Assembly (NCBI GenBank): GCA_050613775.1
Contig: JBODTK010000136.1
Span: forward strand, 372,001 to 436,000
Direction of reading: 5' to 3'
DNA from: Neocallimastix sp. 'constans'
Taxonomy: Eukaryota
DNA length: 64,000 nucleotides
In this document: in pieces, positions 29,257-42,924 of the stretch
How the letters are laid out: every line of letters starts with the position of its first letter
Numbering within the stretch: the stretch's first letter is position 1
The notes under the pieces: model-generated
Told to the model about the DNA's origin: nothing
Seen by the model: the letters and a program-made list of their open reading frames with translations, nothing else
Databases searched by the model: none
Made by a program: the position numbers and the translations under genes

Positions 29257-32200
29257 AAAATATATAATTTATAATATATAATAATAATATAAAAATGGTT
29301 TACCATTTTATTAAATTTAAAAATAAATATTATGAATTCCTTTTTTTTTTGGATTTCTTTTGCTTTTAAACATCCATTATATATAATATAAAATAAATAT
29401 ATAATATAACATAATATATATATTTTTTTATTCTAGTTAAATAAATATTTAAAAAAAATGAACAAATAAATAAATTAAATTAATAAAGATTAGATACAAA
29501 AAAAAAACATGGTTATAATTTACACATTATATATAAAATATGATACATAATTACAAATTAAAATAAAAGAGACTATTATAAAGTTTATTAATATTATATA
29601 TATATAATATTTATTCTTAGCCTCACTGGATAAATTAAAATAAATTAAAAATAAAAAAAAGTTTATGTCAATGAAATAAAAAAAAATTAATTCATAATAA
29701 TAATAATTTAAAAATAGTATATAATAATAATAATTTAAAAATAGTATATAATAATAATAAAATATTATTAATAATGATAATAATAATACAATAGTATTAA
29801 ATAATTATTCATATTAATAACTTTTAATTTAAATTTAAATTTTAATTTATTATTTTTTCCTTTTTTATCAATAAAGTTAATATAATTAAAAATTTTTTTT
29901 TTGTTAAATGATGTATTAAATATCAAAATCACCTTGGTAAAATAATAAATAATAAAAAAAATAATAATAATAAAAAAAAATAATAATAATAATAATAAAA
30001 AAAAATAATAATAATAAAAAAATATATAAAAAATAATAATAATAAAAATAATAAAAAAATAATAATAAAAAAAAAATAATAATAATAAAAAATAATAATA
30101 AATAAAATGATAAATAAATAAATATTTATTATTTAAATAATTCAATTTAGATTAAATATATTCTAATAAATTTATATAGAATTGACATACATTATAATAA
30201 AATAAAAATATAAAATTTTGATCAAAAGATAAATAGAAATGACATTTTCAATTAATCTTATAAAATAACAAAGACCTCATTAAAATAATAAAAGTCAAAA
30301 TAAAAAAAAAATTAATAATAATTAATAAGTAATAGATAGAATTAATACTAATAAAAGTATATATGTATTATTAAATATTAAAATTAATATAAGTAAAAAA
30401 AAAATTAATTACAAAAAGCTATCGTTTTATCAATTTTATATTATATATCTATGTATCTATAATATTATTACTGATATGACAAAATAATAAATAAATTAAA
30501 AAAATAAAATAAAATAAAGGAGAGTTTAGTTTCATTTATCCAATAATCATTTTTGCTCTCTATTTATAATTTTTTTTTTGATTTTATTTATATATACATA
30601 AATATATAACAAATTAATAATTAACGATTAAAATAAAGATTAGTAATAAAATAAAATAATAAAAAAGACTCTCATGTATCATTTCAATTAATCTTTTTCT
30701 TTTTCTTTTTTTTTTATTATTATTATTTTTTTATTATTGTTATTTCTAATTTTATTGATATATATTTTTTATATCTTACTTATTTTATAATTTCATTAGA
30801 TCTAATTTTATCTAATTATATTTAATATATTATTTGGATAATTAGTTCATTTGTTAATTATTTAGTTATTAGCTAGTTTAGTTGTTTAGTTATTAGTTAT
30901 TTAGTAATTATTTAGTTATTAATTTATCTGTCACCATTTTTGAAATTGTAAAAAAAATTCATAATTACAAAGTATACATAGATCATTTATTTATTACTAT
31001 CATCATACTATTTATTATATTTATTATTTATTATTTAATTATTTAATTTATCATTATTATTTATTATTTATTATTTATTATTTATTATTATTTATTATAT
31101 ATTATTTATTATTAATTATTAATTATTTATTATTAATTATTTATTTTATTATTTATTATTTATTATTATTTATTATATATTATTTATTATTAATTATTAA
31201 TTATTTATTATTAATTATTTATTTTATTATTTATTATTTATTATTTATTATTAATATTATTATTTCTTATTTATCATTTATTATTTATTATATATTATTT
31301 ATTATATATTATTTATTATTTATTATTTATTATTTATTATTTATAATGAATCAGTAATCTTTAATATTTTTATTTTTTTAAAAATAAATGAATTATCAAA
31401 AAAACCATTGGTTTATATTTATTTTTTATTTACTTGTTAATATATTAGATAATATATTAGATAGATATATTTATTATATTATAAAAATTACATAAAATAT
31501 AATAAATAGTTAAATAATTTAAATAAAAATATTAAAAAATGAAATTAAAAATGGGAAAGCCATCTTTGTTATTAATAAATTTGATATAATATATTATACA
31601 ATTTAATATTTTATTTTAATATATATTACATAAATAGATACAAAAATAATTTTTATTATTATTGGTTATTCAATTATAAATATATTGGAAATATATTAAA
31701 ATATATTGTATATTAACTAACCAAAAAAAAAAAGAATAAAAAATAGTTAGTCAACAAATTTTTTTTTTTACAATACAAAGTTACAATAAAAAATTATAAA
31801 ATGAAGGTAGTACAAAAAACAAATAATAATTGGCAGTAAATAGAAAATAAAGCTTATTTATAATAAATAATAAATAATTACATAATAAATAATAAAATAA
31901 TAAATAATAATGAAATTAAAGCAAATTCAATAAATTAACCAAAATAGTAAAGTATTCATGGCAAGTCAATATACCTCAAAATAAAAAATAAACAAATAAA
32001 CAAATAAAAAAAAAAAAAAAAAAAATTAATAAAATAAAATAAATTTTATTAAAATAAATAAAACTAAAGATATAATTTTGATTCAGGTTGTTTTAGTTTT
32101 TTAGTTTAGTCTTTTTTGTTCGTTTGTTTATTTGCTTTTTTCTATTTATTAATTATCAAAAAAAAATTATTTATTTAAATGAAATAAATTATTATTATTA

Positions 32201-32529
32201 TGATTATTATTTATTATTATTATTTATTATTATATTATTTTTATAATTATTATTTATTATTCAAAACATATAAAAAAAAATAAAATTGTATCATTCTAAA
32301 TTTTAGATTAGCGATTATTCAAATGACTTTATACCAATTATAAATTTAATGAATATGATATATTTCGTAAGTTGCTTTTCGCCACAAATAAAAAAATAAA
32401 TAATTTTATTTATTTATTTATTTATTTATTTATTGTTTCGAAATGTAACATTTATGTTATACGCCATAATAAAAACAAAATTTTGTGATATATATATATT
32501 TCGATGTTTTTTTTTTTTTTTTTTTTTAT

Positions 32530-33205
32530 TTTATTTTATTCAATCGGTACTTTAATAATATTTATATTCTACTATTTATTTTATTTTATTTTATTTTATT
32601 CAATCTGTACTTCATATTTATATTTCAACTATTTATTTTATTTTATTTTATTTTATTTTTATTTTATTTTATTTTATTTTATTTTATTTTATTTTATTTT
32701 ATTTTATTTTATTTTATTTTATTTTATTTTATTTTATTTTATTTTATTTTATTTTATTTTATTTTATTTTATTTTATTTTATTTTATTTTATTTTATTTT
32801 ATTTTATTTTATTTTATTTTATTTTATTTTATTTTATTTTATTTTATTTTATTTTATTTTATTTTATTTTATTTTATTTTATTCTATTTTATTTTATTTT
32901 ATTTTATTTTATTCTATTTTATTTTATTTTATTTTATTTTATTTTATTTTATTTTATTTTATTTTATTTTATTTTATTTTATTTTATTTTATTTTATTTT
33001 ATTTTATTTTATTTTATTTTATTTTATTTTATTTTATTTTATTTTATTTTATTTTATTTTATTTTATTTTATTTTATTTTATTTTATTTTATTTTATTTT
33101 ATTTTATTTTATTTTATTTTATTTTATTTTATTCAATCTGTACTTTAATAATATTTATATTCTACTATTTATTTTGTTTTGTTTTGTTTTATTTTATTTT
33201 ATTTT
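32530..33205. repeat. (ATTTT)n pentanucleotide satellite of ~500 bp, bracketed by copies of a ~38-bp unit
   Basis: Near-perfect ATTTT array at ~32632-33131. The unit attcaatc(t/g)gtactt...atatttatatt...actattt occurs at ~32538, ~32598 and ~33131. Confidence 0.95.
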
Positions 33206-34108
33206 ATACATTTATAATAAATAAAAAAAAATTTTTAATAATTAATTAAATTTATTAAAATAAAAAAGTTAAAATTTTTTAAAAAAATTGTTAATTAGTT
33301 TACATTAAAAATAAAAAAAGAAAAAAAAATATGTATAAAAAAACATATTTTTATTTTTTTTATACTATTCTTAGTGACAGTAACCATAAAATTACTCCTG
33401 TTAATAATCTAAATCCAACAAAAAAAACTTTTTTTTTTTTTTGTTTTCTTTCTTTCTTTCTTACTTTCTTTCATATATTTTAATAACTTCACTGCACATA
33501 TGCATAATTGTATTTATAAATAAATAAATAATTATATATCTATATAAATATATAATAACATATCTATGTAAATAAATACATAATCATAAATTATCTATAT
33601 AAATATATATCAACATAACTGCATAATCATATATAATAAATAGCAACATAACTACATAACTATATATAAATAAATAATTACATCTTATTTATACAATTAA
33701 TTATTAAAATTAGAATTATTTTTATAACAATATAAAATACACTAATCAAAATAATAATAGTAATTAAATAACTAATAATATATATAAACACAAAATATTT
33801 TTTTTATCATTAATATTTTTAATGTTTATGCATCTCATAGGAATAATAATTAGTTGATTTGAATTATTTTATTTTTCTTTTTGTTAATTTTTCTGTTACA
33901 TGTTGTTACATCAAATAGAATATTATTAAAGATTAAAAAGAAAAAAATTTTTTTTTACATAAATAAATAAATAAATAAAGCTTAACAAAATTAGTTTAAA
34001 TAGGTCGGAAAAATGGAATATATTTTGAATAAAATTAGAATAAAAAGAATAAAAAGAAAAAAATTAGAATAAAAAGAATAAAATTAGAATTAATAGAAAA
34101 TAAAATTA

Positions 34109-34146
<38 letters not shown>

Positions 34147-34855
34147 TTAAAATGATAATAAATTTAAATTTAGTAATTTAGTATTATAATCCTAATTTTA
34201 TTATTATTTTATTAGTAGTAGTAGTATTTGATTTTTATATATAAAAGTTTATATTCATAATAATAATTATATATTTATATTTCAATAGTTAATTTCACAT
34301 GAATTGTATTCTTTATTATTAAAAAAAAATTAATAATTGAATAAATAAAAAAAAATTTTTTTTATTTTTTTTTTGTATTACTTTACCTATACAATACAAA
34401 CAATGGATAAAAAAAAAAAATAAAAAATAAAAAAAATAAATTAGTAATTAATTAATTAATAAAATAGAATAAATAATAATAATAAAAAAGGAAAATAATA
34501 AAAAAAAATTTTTTTAATCTAAATAAAATGGAACAAAAATATATCGATATAGATAAATTTGTATATATATAATTTTTTATATAAAAAATAAATATATGAT
34601 TATATAATTAAATAATTAAATAATTAAATAATTAAATAATTAAATAATAATTAAATAAATAAAAAGATACATGTAACAATTTTTTTTTCCTTTTTTGTAT
34701 TTTCTTTGTCAATTTTTTTTTAAGAGGCAAGAATAATGCTAATATTTTTATTTTATTCTTTATTTTTTATTTTATTAATATTCCATTTTTATCAATATTA
34801 TAAAGTAGTAAAGGTATTAACTATTTTATTATACTTTATTATTTATTTTATTTTT

Positions 34856-35181
34856 TATCAATACCCTCACTACTTTATAATACTTTATTATTTATTTTAT
34901 TATTATCAATACCCTCACTACTTTATAATACTTTATTATTTATTTTATTTTTATCAATACCTTCACTACTTTATAATACTTTATTATTTATTTTATTTTT
35001 ATCAATACCTTCACTACTTTATAATACTTTATTATTTATTTTATTTTTATCAATACCCTCACTACTTTATAATACTTTATTATTTATTTTATTTTTATCA
35101 ATACCCTCACTACTTTATAATACTTTATTATTTATTTTATTTTTATCAATACCTTCACTACTTTATAATACTTTATTATTT
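34856..35181. repeat. 48-bp minisatellite, about 6.8 copies
   Basis: tatcaatacc(c/t)tcactactttataatactttattatttattttatttt starts at 34856, 34904, 34952, 35000, 35048, 35096 and 35144. Confidence 0.95.
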
Positions 35182-36408
35182 ATAATATTTATTATTTTTC
35201 ATTTTTTATTTAGTTTTTTTTGTTACACTTTTTTTTTTTTTAACTTATTAATATTATTATTTTTTTAAAAAAATAAAATTTTGATAATTTCGATAATAAT
35301 AATAAAATTTAATGTAGTACGAAATAAAAAAAATTTTTTTTTTAATAATTAAATATAATTTTCTATTTAATAAAATATTTTTTTTTTTTTATTTTTATTT
35401 TTATAGTTTTTCTATTATCTTGTGTTTTATTTTGTACTTTTATTTATATTTTATTTTATTATTTTTTTTTTGTTTTTTTGCTTTTTTGCTTTTTTGCTTT
35501 TTTGCTTTTTACTTTTTTCTATTCTATTTTATTATATTCTATTTTATTGTATTGTATTGCATTTTATCTTATGTAAAAGTAATAAAGGAATGAATTTATT
35601 TATTTGTTATAATTTCTATTCATTCATTTTATATACTGAAAATATTTAATAGTTAAAGTACATACATATATATACATGTCTAATATGTAACAATAATTAT
35701 TTTTTAAATTATTTAATTTGTTATGAATACTTTATTTATTAACTTCTTATTTAAAGTAATTCTAATAATCTGTCATAATATACTTTTTATTTATTTACTG
35801 TTACTTATTATTTCTATTTATTATTATTATTTATTATTGTTGCTATTAGTATTTATTATTATTATTATTATTATTATTTATTATTATTATTAGTCATTTA
35901 TATTTATTGTTATTATATATAAATAAATAAAAAATAGTATAAACTATTTTATGGTTATTTTTTTTTTATTGTAATATTTTAAACAATAGAATATACTAAA
36001 AAAAAATAAATAATTAAATTTTTTTTTTTTTTAGCCTTTCACAAAAAAAGGAAATTAATAAATATTAAAAAAAATAATAATAATAAAAATAAAATAAAAT
36101 AAAATAAATAATAAATATGGTTATAATTAAGTATAAAAATGAAAATAAAAAAAGTAATGAAGGGTACACGCCACCTTTTTTTTTTTTTTTTTAAAAAAAA
36201 AATAAAAAATTATTAATTATTATTAATTACTAAAAAAAAAAAAAAAAAAAAAAAATTCTTTTTTCATTTTATTTTATAACAATGACTGATGATTAATCTA
36301 TTTTTTTTTTCTTTTTTTTTTTTGATAGTTATCATTATTACTAATAATAATTATCATTAAAACTACCATTAGGAATTATTAAAATAGTACTAATAACTAA
36401 TAACTAAG

Positions 36409-36439
<31 letters not shown>

Positions 36440-36685
36440 TAACATTAATGAAACTTATTATGTATAAATAAATAAATAAATGAATTAATATTGATGTTTT
36501 TCATTTTCTTAAATTAAATATTTAAATATTAAAAAAGAAAATAAATAATATTAAAAAAATATATAGATTATTAAATATATATTATATATATATTTTTTAT
36601 AATTAAATGTTACAAATAACAGGGAGAAACAAGAGGTATTAGTTTTTTATTATTATTATTATTTTATTTAATATATGATATGATA

Positions 36686-37170
36686 GGGGATCGTGTATTT
36701 CATAATTGTGCATTTCGTAATGTGGCTAATAAATATTTTAAAATAAAGCCATACATTTTTATGATATTCTATATAATCGTAATTAAATGTACTATTCATA
36801 CGCGATTTGTAGTATTTACAAAATTTTTTCCAATCACTTTCGTGAATGCCCAATTTATCGCACATTCTTTTAACTGTATAGTTATTATTTCTAAAGAAAT
36901 AATAATATATTTTTATAATTTAATATTATTAAATGACTATTTCAAAAGAAATAATAATATATACTATTAAAAAAGAATTATAAAAAATTATTTTTTTTTT
37001 AAAATATTATTTTTACAATTGAATATTAATAAATTAATATAAAAAAAAGAACACTTATTATTTATTTAATTATTTTTATTTAATTATTATTTATTTAATT
37101 ATAAAAAAATATGCCATATACAAAAATACGCCATATTATAAAATGTATAATTGAGAAATGCACTACATTC
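36686..37170. mobile_element. Non-autonomous TIR DNA transposon (Mutator-like deletion derivative?)
   Basis: The left end ggggatcgtgtatttcataattgtgcatttcgtaatgtggc aligns with the reverse complement of 37130-37170 (gaatgtagtgcatttctcaattatacattttataatatggc). An internal minus-strand remnant reads WKKFCKYYKSRMNSTFNYDY. Confidence 0.6.
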
Positions 37171-37179
37171 ATTTTAAAA

Positions 37180-37325
37180 GGGGATCGTGCCTTTCCTAAT
37201 GTGGCTTATAATAATTAATAAAGCCAAAAATTTTAAGATATATTTTTTTAATTATTATTTATTTAATTATTGAAACAACAAGCTATATATTAAAATGCGC
37301 CCACATTGCGAAATTCACAATTACC
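37180..37325. mobile_element. Related MITE of 146 bp
   Basis: Starts ggggatcgtgcctttcctaatgtggc, like the preceding element. The reverse complement of its right end is ggtaattgtgaatttcgcaatgtggg. Confidence 0.6.
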
Positions 37326-37589
37326 AAACCCACTAGATTCTTTTTTAAAAATTGAAATACTAACCCTTATATTTTTAGTATTATTGATCTAACCCTTTTA
37401 AGAAACTTTTCATAAAAAAAAAAAAGAGTTTAAAAAAACTGTTAGAAAGTCCAATGTCTTTAGATTATAATTTACTTAAACATTTTAAATTATTACTTTT
37501 GCCTCATTATAACTTTTTTTATTATAATTTTAAATGTTAAATAACACATGTTACATATAAATAGGATATATCAATAATAATATATAATT

Positions 37590-37619
37590 CATTTAGTTTA
37601 TGATACAAATAGTTTCTTT

Positions 37620-37655
<36 letters not shown>

Positions 37656-39255
37656 CTATCTAAAATATCTTTTTTTTATATAATTACTATTATAATATAT
37701 TATTAATGTATTGAAATGAGTATGATCCATTTAATCCATTTTATAGGTACGAGTATCATTAGATTATGTATTATTAAAAAAAAATTTAAACCATTTACTT
37801 CAGATAAATAAAGTTAGTAAATAAATAGAACAATGAAATTTTTTAATAGACAAAGAGCCTCATTCGATTCTATTATTAGTTTGCATGTGGAGATTTAAAA
37901 TACAAAATTATTTAGGAAATTGAATAATTTAATCATTTATTATAATTAGAATATTCGAAATTTAACAGCTCTTGAATACCTACATACATAAATAAGAAAC
38001 TTATTAGGAATTGGGGGAATTAGTATTTCAATGTTTTTTATGTGTAATTTAGTTAATTAGTAATTAGTTAGTTAGTAATTAATAATAGTAAATTTTAATA
38101 TATAATAGTTTACTAAGTAATATTAATAATATATATTAAATATACCCCTATAAAATGACCGGAACAATTGAAATAATTTTAAATAGAATGGAATATGTCC
38201 TGACTGAGGACAACTACGATGAATGATATGAGGAACTTCGTTTTAAAATTTTTAAGGCACTGAATTAAGTGAGTACACTGAAAAAAAATATACATATATA
38301 TATAAATTATATTATAAAAAAGAAACAAAGAAATAAATAAGTCAATAAAGATGATAAGGGAAAGGGTACCTTAATTAATCCGAGCAAGATGAAAAAAAAA
38401 AAAAAAAGTAAAAATTATGAAATGAACAATTTTAAAGAGTACTAATTTTTTTAATTTTTATTTATTTATTTTTTTTTTTAAGAACAACAGTAAATATAAA
38501 AATAAATAAAATATTTTATCAGAAGTAAAAAAAAATAAAATGAAAAAAAAGGATTTAACATACTTAATATTAATATTAAAAATACTCAAAAATAAATATT
38601 ATATGATAAAGAAGAAATCATTGGAATTATCAGATAAAGGGCTTCAGAAGGTTGAAATAATTTTTATAAAAAAAAAAAAAGCAAAACAAAAAAAAAATTT
38701 AGTGATGTGGAAAAAATTAAACTTATCTATTTCAATTTAAAGGTCTATCAGAGAAACAAATAAAAGAGTCTTTGAAGTAATAAAAGCACAGTGTTTCAGA
38801 TGATATTAATAAAATATTAGGGAATATGAAGAAATAAATTAGTAAAAATTAAAAACTACAAAATTTTTATTTCAGAAATAATAATAAAAAAAAAAAAAAC
38901 CTGAAATTAATATGAATATACAAAAAACAAAAATATTAATTTCAAATATCCCTAAAAATTTAGAATTTTGAATCTAATTCGTTTATCCAAGACCAAGGAA
39001 ATTTTAATTTATACTACGAGTTGTACCACAATGGCTAAGTATATAACAAAAAAAAAAAAAAAAAAAAAAAATAAAGTATATAATAATATAATAATGCTAT
39101 TAGTTTATATAGTCTATGATATAAATAATTTATTTTCTATAAGTCTCTTTTATATAATTCAACTTAAAATATATATTTAATGTATTGAAATAGGTATGAT
39201 TCATTAAATGTATTTTATATGTATAAGTATCATTGAATTATGTATTATTAAAATA
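37590..39255 (+). mobile_element. Degenerate Ty1/copia-like retrotransposon relic: gag remnant between diverged direct repeats
   Basis: Direct repeats ttaatgtattgaaat...tatgat.catt.aat..attttata.gta..agtatcatt..attatgtattattaaaa at ~37703-37780 and ~39177-39253. From the ATG at 38155 the frame reads MTGTIEIILNRMEYVLTEDNYDE*YEELRF, resembling the copia Gag LxxxNYxxW motif. Confidence 0.5.
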
Positions 39256-41203
39256 AAAAAAAAAAAATTATTAAAGTTCAAATGTTCAAATAATATTTAA
39301 TAATGAATATTAAAAAAAAAAAGTTTTATTTTTTTTATTTAATTTTTTTTCTAATTCCTTTCAAATATCAGTTATATTTTTTAATAATTAAATATATATT
39401 TTTTTAATCTCATTTTTATTATTATTATTATTATTATTATAAATATTAAAATATATATAAAAATAAAAAAAAAAAAAACATAAACATTATATAAATAATC
39501 TGTTATCTCAATGTTTTTGCTTATAACTAACTTTATTTTATTTGAAGTAAAAGACCTATTTTTTTTTAATAATGTATAATTCAATGAATCTATTATATCC
39601 TATATATTTGTAATATACAATTTATTATTTAAAATTATAGTAAAAGTTGTAATAAAGTAAAAGTATTAATTAAATTGTTAATGAAAAAAAAATATTAAAT
39701 ATTTTAACAAATAATAAATAAAAAATTAAAAAAATGGAATACTTTTTTTTTTTTTTTTTTTAAGGTTATATCGTTTTAAAGTTTATTTATTGTATATTAA
39801 AATGAAAAAAATTGAAAAAATAAAAAAATTTTTTTAAAACCATTAGATATTAAATTCTTCCTTAATTAATTTTTATATAATTTATTTTTATTAAAAAAAA
39901 AAATAAATGAATAAAAATAATAAATAAATAAATAAATAATTAAATTAAAAAAAACAAATTTTAATTATTAATAAAATTTATCATAATCTTTATATATATA
40001 TTTTTATTTAATATGTTATTCTTTATATATTATTATTATTAATTATTCAATATCTATTTATATTTATTTATTAATTCTATATTATTTTTATCATTTTATT
40101 TTATTTTATTCAATCTGTATTTTATATTTATATTTCAACTATTTATTTTATTTTGTTTTATTTTTTGTTCATCTATTTTTCATTTATTATATAATTTTTT
40201 ATAATATAAAGTTTTTAATTTATTTTTATTTTTATTTTTATTTTATTTTTAATTTTCTTCTTTTTCTTCTTTACATTTTTACTTTTACTTTTGGTCTACA
40301 ACTCCGAAATTTTTTTATTTTTTTTTTTTTTATTTATTTATTTAATCATCATGTCCTAATCCTAATTTATTCAGATTATATATGATTATTTTTATTTTAT
40401 TTTATTATAATTTTTTTTTCTTTTCATTTTAATTAGAATTATCCATATATTTTATTGAATATTATTATATATATATAAAAAAAATAAAAATCTAAAATGT
40501 AAATAATCATTTGTTTTACGTATATTAATTAAATATAATATATAATAACTATTTATTTTATTATATATATTTATTATTATCACAATTAAGCTATATATAA
40601 ATAAAATGAAAATTAATGCTAACTACGTAGTTATATTATTATCATTATTTGTATTGTGATGAACTAGAGAAGAATAATAAAAATTATTAAAAAAAAAAAA
40701 ATAAAAAATTAATGTTTACATTTGTATTTTATTATATATATAATTTTTTTTATATTTCAATTAATAATTTAAAATTATTATTATTTATTTATTAATAAAA
40801 AAAAATTTTTTTTCAAAAATTTTTTTTTTTTTTTTTAAATTTAATTTATGTTTTTTATTTTAAACATAAAAGGATAATAAAATTAAAAATTAATTATTAA
40901 AAAAAAAAAAAAAAAAAAAAAAATACCCTTCACTAAGAGAGAAGCAACCACTGCTACAATTATACAATATTATTATTTAATAAATTTCATTATTATTTCT
41001 CTTTAATTATAATATCTATCAATTTCATTTTAAAAATATATCATTTAATATATAGTTAAAAAGGAAAAGGAAAAGAAAAGAAAGAAAATATATATATATA
41101 TAGAAAAATATTAAAATAGGAATAGAAAAGAAATTGAATATAAATATATAAATAAATATATATTTATATATATATATATAATTAGATAAAATTGAAAAAC
41201 AAG

Positions 41204-41234
<31 letters not shown>

Positions 41235-41380
41235 AGAGAGAGAAAAAAAAAGATATTGGAAAAAAAAAAAAAAAACAATAAAAACGTAAAAAAATAAAAC
41301 ATAAAACATAAAGTGTAACATATATATAAAAAAAATAATATATATATATATATATATATGTATTTTCAATTCTCGTCATT

Positions 41381-41977
41381 ATGATAACAACAAATCCTCA
41401 GGCTCTTTATTATATCAATATTTTTAAAACTTTTGCTCCCTTTTCTCTACTTTATTTAATTATTTTTGTGGCACTCTATCGAATATTAATTGCTTGTACT
41501 TTTGTACCGTATAGCTCTTGGGAGGATTATGCTGAGTATTACTTTATAAAACATTCCTATGATTTTGATTATTGTACGCGTTTTGTTAAGGTTTATAAAT
41601 TTCATTCTTTAGAGGTGGAGAATCGTTGTACGATCACGTATCGTGATGCTAGCCGTCTTTTTGATATCTATGGATTAAGTAAGGTTCCGATACAGGATCG
41701 TCTTATGATCATAAGAGCATTGGATGGTTTTCTGGTGACAGAGGATGAAATACTTCATGCTAATCGTACAAAGGTATGGAATACCCAGAAGAGAGCCACT
41801 CATCTCTGGAATGGGGCTAAAGATAAAAAAGTTCAATATTCTGAATTCGTTAGACGTATGAAGGATGGTAAATCCGCCTTTCGACATTATATGGAGCTAT
41901 GGATTGAAATTGATGATAAACGAAAGGAAACGGATCAATCCCCTGTAGATTTTGATAATTGGAATGAATATACATGA
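41381..41977 (+). CDS. Intronless hypothetical protein, 198 aa, with an N-terminal transmembrane/signal anchor and a possible degenerate EF-hand pair
   Basis: Uninterrupted ATG-TGA ORF with coding-level GC in an AT-rich region. Hydrophobic segment FAPFSLLYLIIFVALYRILIAC. Confidence 0.7.
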   Translation: MITTNPQALYYINIFKTFAPFSLLYLIIFVALYRILIACTFVPYSSWEDYAEYYFIKHSYDFDYCTRFVKVYKFHSLEVENRCTITYRDASRLFDIYGLSKVPIQDRLMIIRALDGFLVTEDEILHANRTKVWNTQKRATHLWNGAKDKKVQYSEFVRRMKDGKSAFRHYMELWIEIDDKRKETDQSPVDFDNWNEYT

Positions 41978-42025
41978 GGAATGAAAAGAGAGAAGAGGAG
42001 TGGAGGATGATTTAAGAACATTGAA

Positions 42026-42056
<31 letters not shown>

Positions 42057-42386
42057 AAAAATAAAAATAAAAAAATAATGAAAATGATAGTGAAAAGTGA
42101 AGATGAATTGGAAAATAAAAAAGAAAAAAAAAAGGAAGAAAACATGAAGAAAAAAGAAAAATACATTAATATTAATAAATAAATATATATATATAATAGA
42201 TTTAAAGGAATAAAAATGAAATTTAATATTCAAAAATAGATTAAATTCTTATATCTCGTTAATATTATAAATAGTATAATAATAAATATATATATATGTA
42301 TTTGCTGAAAAAAAATTATACATTTATATTTTTTATTTTAATTTTTTTTTAAAAACATTTATTTTCATTATTACTTTTTTTTTTTT

Positions 42387-42425
<39 letters not shown>

Positions 42426-42539
42426 CATCCAACAATCCATTATATATATAATGTTTAATAAAAAATTTTCTATTCATTATACCTATTGATAAATATACCA
42501 TTTATATAACCAAGGTTATATGATTAAATAGTAAGGATA

Positions 42540-42571
<32 letters not shown>

Positions 42572-42890
42572 AAATAAATAATAATAGTTAATAATAATAA
42601 TAATAATCTATTATCTCTTATATATTTATTTTAAATATATATTTTATTTTTAATTATTTATCTTATTCGTACATATATTTTTATTTTATTATTTTATCAT
42701 TTCTATTGAATAATAATAAATATATATACATATATAAAAGTAAAAATAAAATAAAAACTTATTTAATAAATATAGAAATAAAAATGAAAAAAAAAAAAAA
42801 AAAAAAAAATAAAAAATAAAAAAATAAAAAATAATAAAAAAAATAAAATAAGACATTTAAGCCTTTGTTAATTTTGTTTTTGTTTTGTTT

Positions 42891-42924
<34 letters not shown>

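Noticed and set aside
32485..33249. 254-aa and 214-aa (FYFIL)n ORFs
   Set aside because: These are translations of the ATTTT satellite and show no coding signal.
34856..35181. CRISPR-like array or the 149-aa repeat ORF
   Set aside because: The units are contiguous with no unique spacers, no cas genes are present and the context is eukaryotic. The ORF is a by-product of a stop-free 48-bp unit.
37326..37400. Telomere-like CTAACCCT words
   Set aside because: There are only two dispersed copies next to MITEs, not a tandem array.
41978..42182. Frameshifted C-terminal extension of the 198-aa orphan
   Set aside because: The downstream Lys-rich frame has its own stop at 41982 and is mostly poly-A, so a single indel does not join the two cleanly.
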